Positions 26,801 through 39,617 of a stretch of DNA of 64,000 bases are shown here, in pieces. The translations under genes were made by a program, and so were the position numbers. Source of the stretch: Hamiltosporidium tvaerminnensis FI-OER-3-3 (taxonomy: Eukaryota > Fungi > Microsporidia); contig CM061251.1 in NCBI GenBank assembly GCA_022605425.2, positions 248,001 to 312,000 on the forward strand. Direction: 5' to 3'. A model generated the notes under the pieces. That model saw only the letters and a list, made by a program, of their open reading frames with translations, was not told the origin of the DNA and made no database searches. Within the stretch, counting starts at the first letter, position 1. Each line of letters starts with the position of its first letter.

Positions 26801-27580
26801 TAGTAGTAATAACCCTTCTACTACTAACAATATAAATACTAATAACAATATTAGTAATAACCCTTCTTCTACTAACAATATTTATACTAATATAAATAAT
26901 AACCACCTAACACTAGAGACACTTTTGTTGCTAGGAGCTGCTTTGTATATGCGTTGGAGTGTCTTTATTTTATTTTATTTTTAATACGTAGGAATAAGAG
27001 GGTATTTAGTAAGGAAGAGGTATTAAATAGATTTGTAATAAATATAAACAGTAACCTAAAAACAATAGTAGGTCCTAAGTGTAGTACTTTAAAAGTAAAA
27101 AATGCAGAAAAATATAATTTTAAACCTAAAGAAATGTTACGTATTTTATCTTTAATTTATATAGAAATGGATACTTTAAATTTTATAGAGAGTATAGTAA
27201 GTGATAGAATGTATTTTAATATGAGTTTAATTAATAGGTGTTATTTTATATGTAATGAGAAATATATTTTAAGTGAAATTGAATTGGAAAAAATGAAGAA
27301 AAATATTGAGAAAATGGAGAAATGTGTGGTTGTTGAGGATGAAGATGTACCTGAAGATATTATGGACCCTTTAACTTGTAGTGCTATTTGTTTACCTGTT
27401 AAGCTTGTTACTAGTGGGGTTACTGTTGATAGAAGTACGTTTGAGTTGTTGTTGTTGGATGGTGTTGATCCTTTTAATAGGGAGAGGTTGGATGAGAGTA
27501 AGGGTGTTGTTGATGAGGAGATGTTAAGGAGAATAGAGGAGTATAATAAGAGGAGGAGGGATAGTAAGGATAAGGAGTAG
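23805..27580 (+). CDS. UFD2: Ubiquitin conjugation factor E4 (Ufd2 core + U-box) with five low-complexity inserts; frameshift near 26880-26915
   Basis: Ufd2 motifs SDGFCYNL, FYDKYSVRY and LKTIVGPKCSTLKVKNAEKYNFKPK, plus U-box VPEDIMDPL..VDRST..DPFNRERL. The second frame is open from TRDTFVARSCFVYALECL. CCCC motif upstream of the ATG. Confidence 0.92.
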
Positions 27581-28009
27581 TAAGGGTGATAATGTAGTAT
27601 AATAGGAGGAGATGTATTGATAGAGGAGTATAACAAGGGGTGTAGGGAAAGTAAGGATAAGGAGTAATATTAATAAAGGGTTATAACAAGAATATAGGAT
27701 AATAATAGGTGTTATGTAGTAAGTCACTTATAATAAAGGGTTATAACAATAGTATAGGATAATAATACTAGTATTATAAGTCTCTTATAATAAAGGGTTA
27801 TATAATAATATTTATAATAAAGGGTTTTAATAATCTAGTAACTCTTATAATTTCTATAATAATTTAATAATAACTTAGTGATAATCTTAATAACTTAGTA
27901 TCTCCTATAATAACTTAATAATACCTTAATGATAATTTATTATATTTTTAAGGTGAAGGAAGGATGTTGAAGTATTTATTAGGTAATAAATACTATAGAT
28001 GGTTATTTT

Positions 28010-28395
28010 AAAGAGAAGAATTTACAATGATTGTACTTATGTAGGAGTATGTATAAGGAATTAAAGAGAAGTATTTACAATGGATTATACTTATGTAGGA
28101 GTATGTATAAGGAATTAAAGAGAAGTATTTACAATGATTGTACTTATGTAGGAGTATGTATAAGGAATTAAAGAGAAGTATTTACAATGGATTATACCTA
28201 TGTAGGAGTATGTATAAGGAATTAAAGAGAAGTATTTACAATGATTGTACTTATGTAGGAGTATGTATAAGGAATTAAAGAGAAGTATTTACAATGATTG
28301 TACTTATGTAAGAGTATGTATAAGGAATTAAAGAGAAGTATTTACAATGATTGTACTTATGTAGGAGTATGTATAAGGAATTAAAGAGAAGTATT
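28010..28395. repeat. 53/54-bp minisatellite (~7 units)
   Basis: Head-to-tail GAATTAAAGAGAAGTATTTACAATGATTGTACTTATGTAGGAGTATGTATAAG with no unique spacers. Confidence 0.92.
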
Positions 28396-28944
28396 TTATA
28401 AAATTAATATGTTTTTAAATAACCATCATACAATAAATTGATTTATAGATACTGGGATAAGTATTCTAAATACTTGGAGTAAAAGAATTTATAGGTTTTT
28501 TAGTTATAAACAAATATATTTATAAATATTAAATATTAAATAAATTAAGTAATGGGTTATAGTTGTTGGGTTATTAGGTTATTAAGTAATAGATTATAAT
28601 TGTTGGTATTTCTATATTTAACTATTACAGTAGGGAGATATATAATAATCTATTGGGTTATTAAGTAATAGGTTATTATAATTGTTGATATTTCTATGTT
28701 TAACTATTACAGTAGAGAGGTTTAATATAATAAGTTAAACAAATTAAGTAATATGTTATAGTTGTTGAGTAAGGGAGAATGAAGCTTGTATTGGTAGTGT
28801 TTAATATTAGTTTTAATATAGTATTATATTTACTGTAATACTATATTAAAGAACTTAGAGGTAAATATATCATCTGTTTAATTTTAGTTTTAATATTTTT
28901 ATGTATAGGGTTTTTCGATCAATATAATATTCCTTGCAATCAAT

Positions 28945-31900
28945 ATTATTTAATGAATTCTGGGTTAAAACATTTTTACCATTTTTACATGTTTTCTTTT
29001 ATCTCTTTAACCACTTCTGTCTCTTATTCTAAATCAGACTCTTCATTTATGTTATTGGTCGGTTCCTCTAAAGTGGTTCCTCCTTCTGAAATAAGGGGTG
29101 TATTATTCTTTAGTTTTAAAATTTTAACACCATCTTCCTCTCTTTTCGCTTCTTTTAAAGGGGGTATTGGTTCCTCATGCATCTCTGCTCTCATAATAAC
29201 ACCCATTGACGTTCTCTCCCAGCTCTTCTCGGCATTTGATTCTGAATCAAGTCCTCTGCGTCGATCAAAGGAAATTGTTTCGACTGTTTTCTTAAGTACT
29301 ATAGACTGAATGTATGCCTCTACATTCATGGGTATTTCTGTCTTTTAAGATGAGATTTATGGTATTTTGTCACAATACCGTCCCAGGTCATCACATAAGG
29401 GATTAGCTCAACACTACACTTATAAAGAAGACCCAACTCATTGGCTAGCAGTTCTTACTTCCTAAGTTTTTCAGTTTCAACTATTTGAAGTGAATCTTGG
29501 GAAGTGATTCCTACTTCAATGAGTGTTATATTCTTCTTCTTATCTAAAATAAATATGTCCGGTCTGTTATTCCGAATTTTAACATCAGTTTTTATTCTGG
29601 TGTCCACTCTTATCTCTGCGTACTCATTATCAAGAATTTCTTGAACTGAGTGACTCCTTATTCGTTTGGAAGACTTAAACTTATATCTATTTAAGAGAAG
29701 TAAGTGTAGGCATCTAACCACTTCATTATGCCGTCTAGTGTAATCATGGCCTAGCATTTTTTCACATCTAGTTGCTAGATGATCCACAGTCTTAACAGAC
29801 TTCCCGCAATGTTGACACACACCATCTGCTCCCCAGAAACCATTTCTATCCTGGATATAGCAGAACACAGCTTCATTTCGTGGCCTAATATTTCCTCTCT
29901 TTAGCAATCTTGAAAGTCACTAACACTCACAGGCTCATTTTTCCTTGCATTATATAACTTTGAATGGAGTTTTCGTTTTTCTATTTCGTTATATAGTTTT
30001 GCAAGTTGAGCTTCTTCTAAACTTTTCTTAGTGACTTCTTCTACCAACCTGTACTTTACTTTTAAGAAGCCTTTTATTAGTGCAAGATGGGTTTTATTAT
30101 TATTCCCCACCTTGAGGATTGCTGCTCGTCTAGTTGATATTTCTTTACTTTTTTCCAGACAATCCAAGAGTTGCAGAAGCATATGTTCGCTTCGCAACTC
30201 AACACTATGTAGGCCTCTTCCAAGTTCTGTTCTAGGAAGATACAAACGCTTTTTACATCCTGGGCGGAGATGTATCTTATTCTTCATCAACACCGCACGC
30301 ACTGCATCATCTAACTTAGAGAAGTCAGCCGGTTCAAGTCGAAGTACTCCTATGTGGTAGTTGATTAACGATATCGCATGTTGATTGATTGCAGAAAATA
30401 AATTTTTTGCATTTAATCTAGTCTGAAAAAAACTTTAAACTCTTGATATAAGTTTGCTTTGTACTTCTTCAAATGAGCTACGTGTTAGGATTCCTCTGCT
30501 ATCTTCTATTATTCCTAAATATTTGTAAACACTAACACCTTCTAGAAGAGTGCAGTATCTTCACAACACGTATCATTTGTGGCTGACTTCTCTTTGTTAA
30601 TCTCTAAGCCAATCACCTCTAAAAATTCCTTTGCCTCACTTGTCATCGCACTCAATGTTAAACTGTCTATAGCAAAACACTTAAGGTCTTCAATAAACAA
30701 GATATGATTAGTAGAATGGGATTCTGCATCTGTTTGTACTGTCACTTTTGTGTTTTTTTGATTAAGCTTTCGGCTTAATGGATCCATACACAACACAAAT
30801 AACAAAGGTGACAAACTATCTTCTTGGCGAATCCCTCTATCAATCTTCTTGCTCATGATTTTTTCAGGCCCTACTGATATATCAATTTTCCTTTTTGATA
30901 TAATTACCTTAATAAATTTCAGGATCCAATCAGGTAAATTAAGGTTTTCAATGCATTGAGTTAAATAAGCATGATCTATTGAATCATAAGCTTTTTTAAC
31001 ATCAATCCATGTTGCCTTAAGATTGTTTCCGTACTCTTTATTTAGAGTAATATTCAGTAGAGCCTGCTCTTTCGCTCCCTGCACACCTCTTACCGCCCCT
31101 AATTGGTTCTCTGCAAGCAACCCTCGCCTTTCCACTTCAAGTTGAACGACTTTGGTTACACACTTTGTCGTTAACTTATAGAGGTTGGACATACAAGTGA
31201 TTGGCCTGTAGTCAGAGCCTCTTCGTGGAATTCCTTTCGGTATCAAATACGTAAGCCCGCAGTAAAACCTATCAGCTTGAGGTGTTCCTTCTAAACATAT
31301 AACTTTCACAATATCATAAAGATATTTGTGAAGAGTTGTAAGTTTCTTAATGAAAAAATTGTAAATACCATCAATTCCAGCAGCTTTCCAATTGGGAAGC
31401 CAATTAATGATATTTACAAATTCATCAAATGAAGGAAACGCGGTCAGATGATTATCTGATACAAATGGAATTAAATAATCATCATACGTGACTGTGTCAT
31501 CATTTTTGTTCCACATTGTAGACCAAAAACTCACAATTTCATCACGGCTAACCACATGCTCGGATTCCACACGCTCAGATAACCCAAGATAAAATCGACC
31601 TCGGAAGAGCTAAAACATACGATTCTTTTTTCAGAATTGCTTCCTACTTTTATACATCGTAATTTTTTTCTCGTAAACATTCAAAGACTCATTCTTCTTA
31701 ACTAAAGCCTCAGAAAGATCAGTTACACTTCTCAAGTTTAAATTAAACTCTCGCATGATTTTCTTAAGGCTCTTCGTTTCTGAAGTGGAGAGCTTTTCCT
31801 GCTTACGAGCCTTCTCGAGAAGATCTTTGGAAAGTACTAACTTAGAAATTTTACTTTCTATGTTTTCCTTCCAAGCGGATCTAGGCTTCTCTTTACGTGT

Positions 31901-32742
31901 TGCCTCGTCATAGCATATCTGCGCAGCTTGCATGATATACGCGGCTTCCGTAATTGACTCAGGTACATGAGCTCCTGCATATTCACCGACTACTCGATTA
32001 ATGAGATCCAGAACTTTACTGTCATCCAATTCACTTTGAAGCTTTCGAGTTCGGACCACCACTTTTCCTATTTCCTTCTCTGAGATTTGTTGAATTTTAC
32101 TCAAAAATTTATCTCTCAGGTTTATTTACTCCGTGGTGTCGGTCAGGGTGCATGTATCAGCGAGACAAATGGCGATTCTACGTCGCTCTCCATTCTCTTC
32201 TGATTTTACTTCCTTTCCCACCTCACTTTGTGCCAATTTTTTTAACACTTCGAGAGTTTCAGTGCAGCCGAATTTCTCATTATAGTACTTGTGAAACTCT
32301 GTCCAGCCATTTCTTGGTATTCTTTCAAACCTTGTCTGTACTGCAAAAAAACAATTCAAGGCCATTCCTTCGGGTCGGCTGTTACAGAATCGAATATCGT
32401 CCGCAATGCCATTAGCCTGTTACCTTCCGGAATAGCTAGAGTACAGGGGTTTGTCATGTCGTACGATGGCTCGCACACAGAGACTTCAACCGAAGAGGGA
32501 ACTGGTGTATTAGGCGAAGGTAAGGTGTCAAGCCCACTATTTTGCATTTTACTGCATGTTTGGCTTGGTGGTGGATGTGTTATTGTTGTGTAGGAGGAGG
32601 AAGGTAGGGAAATCGCCGGTGGGTGTAGCTCACATTTTTGTACTTCACTATCACTCTTCTTCACCTCATCAGCGTCGTTTGCAGCCTTTATTTTGGTATT
32701 TTTAGATATTTCGCTGCTAACATTTTTCTTTCTACCCATCAA
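28945..32742 (-). mobile_element. Near-full-length R4/Dong-type non-LTR retrotransposon, frameshifted (copy A)
   Basis: ORF fragments in order: N-terminal region, RT (WKAAGIDG, YRPITC, IDVKKAYDS, QEDSLSPLLF, FIED), CCHC, RLE PD..E.G, acidic tail. Confidence 0.93.
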
Positions 32743-32749
32743 TAAAATA

Positions 32750-32920
32750 ATTATTTAATAAAATTCTGGGTTAAAATATTTTTAACATTTTTATATGTTT
32801 TCTTCTACCTCTTTAACCACTATTGTCTCTTCTTCCAAATCCGACTCTTCATTTATGTTATTGGTCGGTTCCTCTAAAGTGGTTCCTCCTTGTAAAATAA
32901 AGGGTGCTTTATATTTTGCG
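32750..32920 (-). mobile_element. Short 3'-end fragment of R4/Dong directly upstream of copy A
   Basis: Near-identical to 10570-10730 (..EETIVVKEVEENI* plus the AACCCAGAATTTTATTAAATA tail). Confidence 0.88.
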
Positions 32921-32996
32921 TTAAAATTTTTTGCACCAATTAAAATAATTAAATAAATTATTTTCTTTTAATTTAAATACTTAATTAAATAATACA

Positions 32997-33180
32997 GTTT
33001 AAATGAAAGGTATGTGTATAAAATATTTGTATTATCTGATATTTTCTTTAAGTTTAAATGTTTTATTGAAAATATGGTTTAAATGGATGGTATGTGTAAA
33101 AATATCTGTATTATAGGATATTTTCTTTAAGTTTAGATAATTTATTGAAAATAGAGTTTAAATGAATGGTATTTGTATAA
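32997..33180. repeat. ~80-bp imperfect tandem repeat
   Basis: GTTTAAATG.A.GGTAT.TGTA...ATATTTTCTTTAAGTTTA..TTATTGAAAATA is repeated about 2.3 times. Confidence 0.65.
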
Positions 33181-33434
33181 TTTGTAGAAATAATGAGTGT
33201 AAGATAAATATTTGTCAGTTAGAATTCTAAAATAAGTATAAAGTTATTTAATAATTGTTTCTTTTTTAAGATATTATAAGAAAACTGAATATTTTAATAT
33301 TTACTGATTATAAATATGGAAAAAATATGTGAAAATATGAAAAATGGGTTTTTGAAAATAATTTGATTTATTTACGAAGGTGGATATGAATATTTTAAGA
33401 AATATTGGTAGATGTATATATTTCATATTTAAAA

Positions 33435-33920
33435 CTAATTTGGTTCTGATGAACTCATCCAATCAAAATCTCGCTGTATTTCTTTACTTTCTTGTTCATT
33501 TAAAGCTTCATCTCTAGATACACTAACCATGTCTTTAATTTCTTCTAGAGTACGATCTTTAAGTCTTTCTGCAATTGTTTTACAAGTAATCTCTAATAAA
33601 ACAGGAATATCTAAATAATTAGCGGCACAGCTCAGTTCAACAAGTTGAGATATGGTTAGAGGTACTAGAAACAATTTATCCCGTTCAGTAAATCGTATTT
33701 CAGTAGGACAATAATTAGCAGACAATTCTATTGTATTAAAATCAAGAAATGATAATACAAGAGCTAATGTGTTTGAACTAATAGGTGTTTCAATATAATT
33801 TTTGATAATTGTGTGTTGTAGAACAGACGAAAGAAAAAATGACCGCTTGGCTTTTTCAATGGGAATTTGTATTATTTGATCATCGGTTGTTTTTATAAAA
33901 AGTGGTGTTGAATTTATCAT
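33435..33920 (-). CDS. SKP1: Skp1-family SCF subunit
   Basis: LVELSCAANYLDIPVLLEITCKTIAERLKDRT.EEI..EQESKEIQRDFDW is the Skp1 dimerisation-domain signature. CCC motif upstream. Confidence 0.9.
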   Translation of the reverse strand: MINSTPLFIKTTDDQIIQIPIEKAKRSFFLSSVLQHTIIKNYIETPISSNTLALVLSFLDFNTIELSANYCPTEIRFTERDKLFLVPLTISQLVELSCAANYLDIPVLLEITCKTIAERLKDRTLEEIKDMVSVSRDEALNEQESKEIQRDFDWMSSSEPN

Positions 33921-33974
33921 GGAAAAAAGTGAAGGGATAGGTGTTGTAAAAAATTTATTGGTTTTTTTTATCTG

Positions 33975-34265
33975 AAATAGTTCTTAATTCTTTGTTTCAA
34001 AATAAAATAGAATTTCATATTATTTTATCTTTTAAATTTCTTTTTTTGAAACACAATTACAATTATTTAGCTTTGTTTTTTAAACGAAGTAGAATTTCAT
34101 ATTATTTTTACATTTAAATTTCTTTGTTTTTAAGAACACAATCACAATTAATTCCTTGTTTCAAAATAAAATAGAAAATTTTAGTTTAGAAATTATTTTT
34201 CTCTTACATTTCTTTGTTTTTAGGAATCAATTACAATTAATTCTTTGAATTTAAAACGAAAGAAA
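33975..34265. repeat. ~80-90-bp imperfect tandem repeat upstream of SKP1
   Basis: Recurring TTCTTTGTTT..AAA.AAA.TAGAATTTCATATTATTTT / CAATTACAATTA units. Confidence 0.55.
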
Positions 34266-34429
34266 TTTTAAAGCAAAAATTTTTTGAAATTCTATTTTAT
34301 TTAAAAATACCATTAATTTTTTTCTTAAAAGATAGAGAATTTTAGAATGTTGATATATTAGAAAGAAACTTATGAGTTAATATAAATAATTGCTACCTAT
34401 ACTTCAAGGATAATACTTAAATACATAAA

Positions 34430-34985
34430 TTATGATGTATTTCATCCAAAAAGGCTGTAGAACACATTTAATGAGCAAGCAGTTTTCTTATGTGTTTTTA
34501 TAGTCCAAAATCAACTTTACTTCCCAGATCAGCTTGATTTTTATTCACTCTACACTTTCCGAACATCATATACTTCCAGATAATATATATCTCTTGCTAC
34601 TTGAATAGACCCGCATAGACAATTTAATGTAATACTAATCAGTAAAAACTGCTACTAAACTTTCCTGGTATTTTATAAAATATTTTTTTACTGCTTTAAA
34701 GCTTTAAGTCTTCTAACCAGAGTAATGAGGATAATATTCCATTTATATCGTAATAACTACCAACTTTAGATAGGTTAGAAATCATGTTAAATAAAAAAAT
34801 TCAAAGTAAATTTGTAGGAAGACTTTCACTATTTTATAGAACCTATCTATCTTATACTTAATCCCATGAATCACCCTAAGATGTAGTTTGGGTTAATACT
34901 TACTAAAATCTAAATGATGACCTCCATTATTTTCACAAACTCATTTCATAAAGATAGATTTAAGCTTATTATTCTTCTTCAACCA
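34430..34985 (-). mobile_element. Strongly diverged copy of the structured SINE-like element
   Basis: Retains ACTCTACACTTTC, AAGTCTTCTAACC, AAATTTGTAG and AAGATGTAGT blocks in the order seen in copy 40560-41281. Confidence 0.6.
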
Positions 34986-37179
34986 TTAAATAATATAGAA
35001 GTTTAAATATTATCTATAAAAGCAACAATATCAAATAGAAAATCAACGTAAAGATAAAGAAAAAGTCACAAATTATTTGACTTGAAAAGGAAGTGGATTT
35101 TTCTTTCGTTTGTGTATAATGATTGGCTTTGTATATATAATGAAGGTATTTTAATTTAAATTAAATCAGAAAATATTTTTCTTTCGTTTCTTTACTTCCA
35201 ATTCATTTGCTTTTTTGATTGCATATAAATATTCCATCTTATTTCTTTTAAATTAACGAAAAAAATGTTAAATATTTTAAACTTCAAATATTCATCTAAT
35301 TTCTAAAGAAAATTAGCTGCTATAGTCATTTATAAGAATATTTCTAAATTCATCGAAGAAATAATTATTCCTAATTGTCTGAGTAATTTGAGGTTGACAC
35401 TAAATTTTATGAATAATATGTTGAAGGTTATAAATATGTAATTTATGTAAAATGAAACTTCGAAATTGCAAGCGAATGGTTCAAATATCTTTTTGTAACT
35501 AAATAATATCTGATATCATTTATGAATTATTATAATATAATGGGTAATCAAGTTGATATTTATGATTTTTAGGTCAGATAATGGTTTTAATAATGTGCTT
35601 AATGCTTATTAAGACTTCTTATTTTTGACTGATTTGATATACATATAAAAAGTAAAACGGTTAACTTAAAAGAGAAAATTCTACTTCTAATATAAGCCCG
35701 ATAATAGAAAAAAAGACTTCGGAATGTGATTAGTGAATTTAAAATGTAGGAATATCGAATCAAATAAATATAAATAATTTTATTTAAGCTCGAAATAGCT
35801 TTCCTTTGTAGAATTAAACTAAAAAATTACAAATTATGTTCTTAACAGGTGTTCTAGAAAGTTTTTTTGTGAAAACTGGCAATTTAAAACTCAAAAATAA
35901 TTGTAGTTTCGTTTTATAGAAGTTCGATTTCGACTATATTTGCCATATTTTAGTTGGAACTTAAATATATTTTTAAGAATCGATGTTACCTTCCCAAGGT
36001 AATAAGAAGAAATAAAATAGCTTCCTTTGACTCAAAAAAAACATAAAATTTTTTACCTAATCAATGCAATCAATTTCTCTGAATTGAATAAGATAATTGA
36101 TAAAACATGCTTGATTTTTCTGTCAAATTTTTGAAAAGAAATCTATTTTCCAGACGAATATCACTCTAGTATTATGCACATTCTCAATTTCTGATTTACC
36201 ATTCGGAAGTCGATAGAGAGATAGTTTAAAACACAACGTCCGTAATCCATAATTAAGAAATTCGGTGGCAGCTCATCTGAATGAATATGACATTTTAATC
36301 AATCTGGATGATAAAATCCCAGAAAAAATTTGAAATGAAATATTAGATAATAAGTGTACATTTGTGTTTAAAAAACGTTTAGGTTTCTATTTTAATAAAT
36401 AATTAAACATGATAACACTTATAGACTCTAAAATTATATTTACAGACTAATTTTGATTATTAGAACGAGGAAAGCCTGTGAATTTGTAAATTCATGAAAA
36501 ATATAACTTTTTTTATCTATGATAATCTTTAAAATTCCTATAATCGTACAGCTACATATAATTATTCTTCAGTATAATCAGCAGAGATTTATGAAACAGA
36601 GGCAGCGGTCTATCGACTATATACATTTGATATATAGTATTGGAACGCCAATCGATAACATTATTTGATGAACAATTATTGCTGAACTCGGGCTAAATTA
36701 CCATAAGATTCGGTAAGAGAATAATCTGTGCCATGTGATAAAAAATACTACACAAAAGACATATTTTTCAAATATAGTAGAATTAGCATTTTTTGCAAAA
36801 AAAATAAATAGAAGAAGTTCAGAATATAATTTGCTGATTAAATGAACGAAAAACAAGGTATAGTTACTTATTAAGATAATATAAAATGGTGTTATAAACG
36901 AGAAAATAATATTTCAGGACATTATTTATATACAAAATTAAATTCATAAAAATCCCAACACGATAATTATAGTTTCGTCTCGAAATTTCAATATAAGAAT
37001 TTTTTTTAAATATCTAGGTTTTATCTATAACCAGTTCATAAAGGACAAACTTTATTCTTAACTTCAAGTAAAGAATAATGTTGTATTCTTTCCTAGTATT
37101 TATTCTTAACAGTCGCAGACATTTTAATTGAATTAGATTTAATTTAATTTTCTCGATAAAATTATATAAATTAATACAC

Positions 37180-37410
37180 AAAATTCCCCATCATGCTGGG
37201 AGCAGAATTCGCTTGGGGCATTTTATGTTGCTTCAAAAGGCAACTAAAAGGGATTGGTTATCCAGGAAGAGCGCAGGGCCAACAACCTACTCTTTAAAAC
37301 CACCTTGTTACGAAACACAAAAAGTAATCAAATCCACCGGAAAAAGACCGGAAGGCGGTATTAATGGAGACGGCCAAGGCACGTGCGGGGCTGTAATATA
37401 CAGGGAAATA
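37180..37410 (+). mobile_element. Second copy of the short RTE-like element
   Basis: Aligns to 13380-13600 (CTTTAAAAC..GAAAC..AAAAAGTAA.CAAA.CCAC.GGAAAAAGACC..CGGCCAAGGC..GGCTG). Confidence 0.6.
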
Positions 37411-37907
37411 AATAAATACACAGAAATTTAAACCTAGGTTATAATTACCCCAAACAAAGAATTTGATTTTTCTGGTGTTTCCTTTTATCATGCAAATGAC
37501 TTCGATAATTTAAAAAAATTATTATATTGTCTTTTAATATTAATAATTTCAAACAAACTTATTTAAGTTTTCTTTATCAATTGGCCTTGATTTAGCTGTG
37601 CTAGGGTCTTTCGAGTTGATATATTTAATATTCTAAATGTTTGTTCGATGAACTCAAACAATCTTTTTTTTCGAGAATATGTTGACGTAAGCTGCAACCA
37701 ATGAGCATGGTTTCAGTATATTTTACAGTTAGAATCTTTCATTCCTCTTGGATTGAAATATTTTTTTTCGCTTCAATAAAAAACTGTCTTTTTCTTACTT
37801 TTGTTGTAAATTTATGCATTTCTTTTTCTAAAATAAATTATTTAATTTTTTCTTAGCTTTTTATGCATTGAAATGCTAATAATTTAAACCATTTACACTT
37901 TTAATGC

Positions 37908-39473
37908 ATGAATATAAATTTTTTGCTATTTTTCAGTTTCTTTTGTAAATTTCAAGCCACAAAATATTTCTGGACACAGAAGGATATAGATAATGACCAT
38001 GAAGAAAATCCGAGCAATTTAAAAAAAGAAACATTATTTATAAAGGCAGTCCAACATTTGTTAAAAGAAAATAGCACAGTTGTATTCCATAGTAATAAAT
38101 TATCAGATGTTTATGATTTTCACTGTGTTGGAGAAATTGGAATGAGAATTTTATTTGAGGAGATACAAAATTTTGTAGAAAAATGCACAAAAAAGGATAT
38201 TTTTACAAAAAGTTTAGAAATTTTTCAAAATAGGCAAAAAACTGAAATTATTATTAATTCATTTCTTATCGCATATTATATTAGTTTTCTTACCTTGTTA
38301 GAATCAGAAATTTTTAATTTAATCTACAAATTTAAAGCTTTTAACAGCATAAAGATTGTTCACAATAGTATTTCTAGGTTTTTTAAAACCAAATCATCTG
38401 AATATCAAAATTTAATAATAGATTTTGTGACAGAAAATAAGATTGATTTAGAAAATATTTTCCAAAATAAAAAATCCAAGAAAATAATTATTGAACTTAA
38501 AAAATATGATAAACTTAGGAATTTTATATTCTCAAATGTTATTGAAATCTGTATTGATTTATTTTTTTCGTATTTAACTTTATTTAAAGATATAAAAACA
38601 TTTTATACTGGATGTTTTGGGAATAATTACACGGAGTTTTTTTTGGAAAAAGAAAAGTGCAATAATTTTTTTGTGAAGAATTTTGAGCAAATTTTAAACA
38701 AGAAATATTTTAATCTAAAGATTTTCCAATTAGAAAAATTAGAATCTAAATGTTCCGATTTCAAGATTATTTCTGAAAGATTTGATTTTTTAAAAGCATT
38801 TTTGAGGGTAAAAATACTTAAAGTAGAAGTGAATCAACATCATGCATGTTATTCTTTTATTTCAAAAAATAGGATTTCTCGCCCATTTTTTTATACTAGC
38901 GACCCAGGAAACTACTTTTTAAAAGAAACAAGCAAATTATTTATTAAAACACTAAATCTAGAAATATATAGAAGGCACGAAATCAATCATTATATTTTTA
39001 TAGATCCAGAAAATCATCTTCTTTATATTTTTATGCTCCGACTTTTTAAAACATTTAGAACAGCTGAAAAATTTATTATTTCTGCTGGAAATTCTTTTAC
39101 ATCTAAAAATTTATTTCTAAATGATCAAATAAGAAATTTTCTTGCAGAAAACAAACTTGGTTGCTTTTTTGAAATTTATATGCTTAAAGAAATTTTAAAT
39201 TTTTATCGAGAAAAATCAAATTATAAATTTCATTTATATTTATTCCTTTATAAGATACCTGATGAAGCCTTTCTAGTTATCTTTAATTCGATTATTAAAG
39301 ATCCTGAACTCTTTACTTTCGGAAAACGTTCTAATTATTTTTTCAGAAATTTGAATTTCACAAAAAATTACATATTTGAATGTCTACGGTTTAAAATATT
39401 AATGATTCTAAAAAATGTTGAGTTAATTAATTTAGCAAGTTCCGATATTGAGGTAATTACGAATTATTCATAA
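37908..39473 (+). CDS. Hypothetical secreted protein
   Basis: 521-aa ORF with signal-peptide-like MNINFLLFFSFFCKFQA. Confidence 0.75.
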   Translation: MNINFLLFFSFFCKFQATKYFWTQKDIDNDHEENPSNLKKETLFIKAVQHLLKENSTVVFHSNKLSDVYDFHCVGEIGMRILFEEIQNFVEKCTKKDIFTKSLEIFQNRQKTEIIINSFLIAYYISFLTLLESEIFNLIYKFKAFNSIKIVHNSISRFFKTKSSEYQNLIIDFVTENKIDLENIFQNKKSKKIIIELKKYDKLRNFIFSNVIEICIDLFFSYLTLFKDIKTFYTGCFGNNYTEFFLEKEKCNNFFVKNFEQILNKKYFNLKIFQLEKLESKCSDFKIISERFDFLKAFLRVKILKVEVNQHHACYSFISKNRISRPFFYTSDPGNYFLKETSKLFIKTLNLEIYRRHEINHYIFIDPENHLLYIFMLRLFKTFRTAEKFIISAGNSFTSKNLFLNDQIRNFLAENKLGCFFEIYMLKEILNFYREKSNYKFHLYLFLYKIPDEAFLVIFNSIIKDPELFTFGKRSNYFFRNLNFTKNYIFECLRFKILMILKNVELINLASSDIEVITNYS

Positions 39474-39617
39474 GTTCATTAAAACTTTAATTATAATATT
39501 TAATCTCTCTATATTTCTAATAATATCACTACATACATTAATAATTTCAAAAATTCTAATATCTATAATTATTATTCTACAACTCAAATATGAACATCGC
39601 CCAAAACCCATTAATTA

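Noticed and set aside
24218-27727. Many minus-strand Leu/Ile/Val-rich ORFs
   Set aside because: Antisense shadows of the UFD2 low-complexity inserts.
28010-28395. Possible CRISPR array
   Set aside because: Units are head-to-tail with no unique spacers, there are no cas genes, and the context is eukaryotic.
35900-36750. Slightly GC-richer stretch that may be a DNA-transposon relic
   Set aside because: I could not recover a convincing transposase motif or termini.
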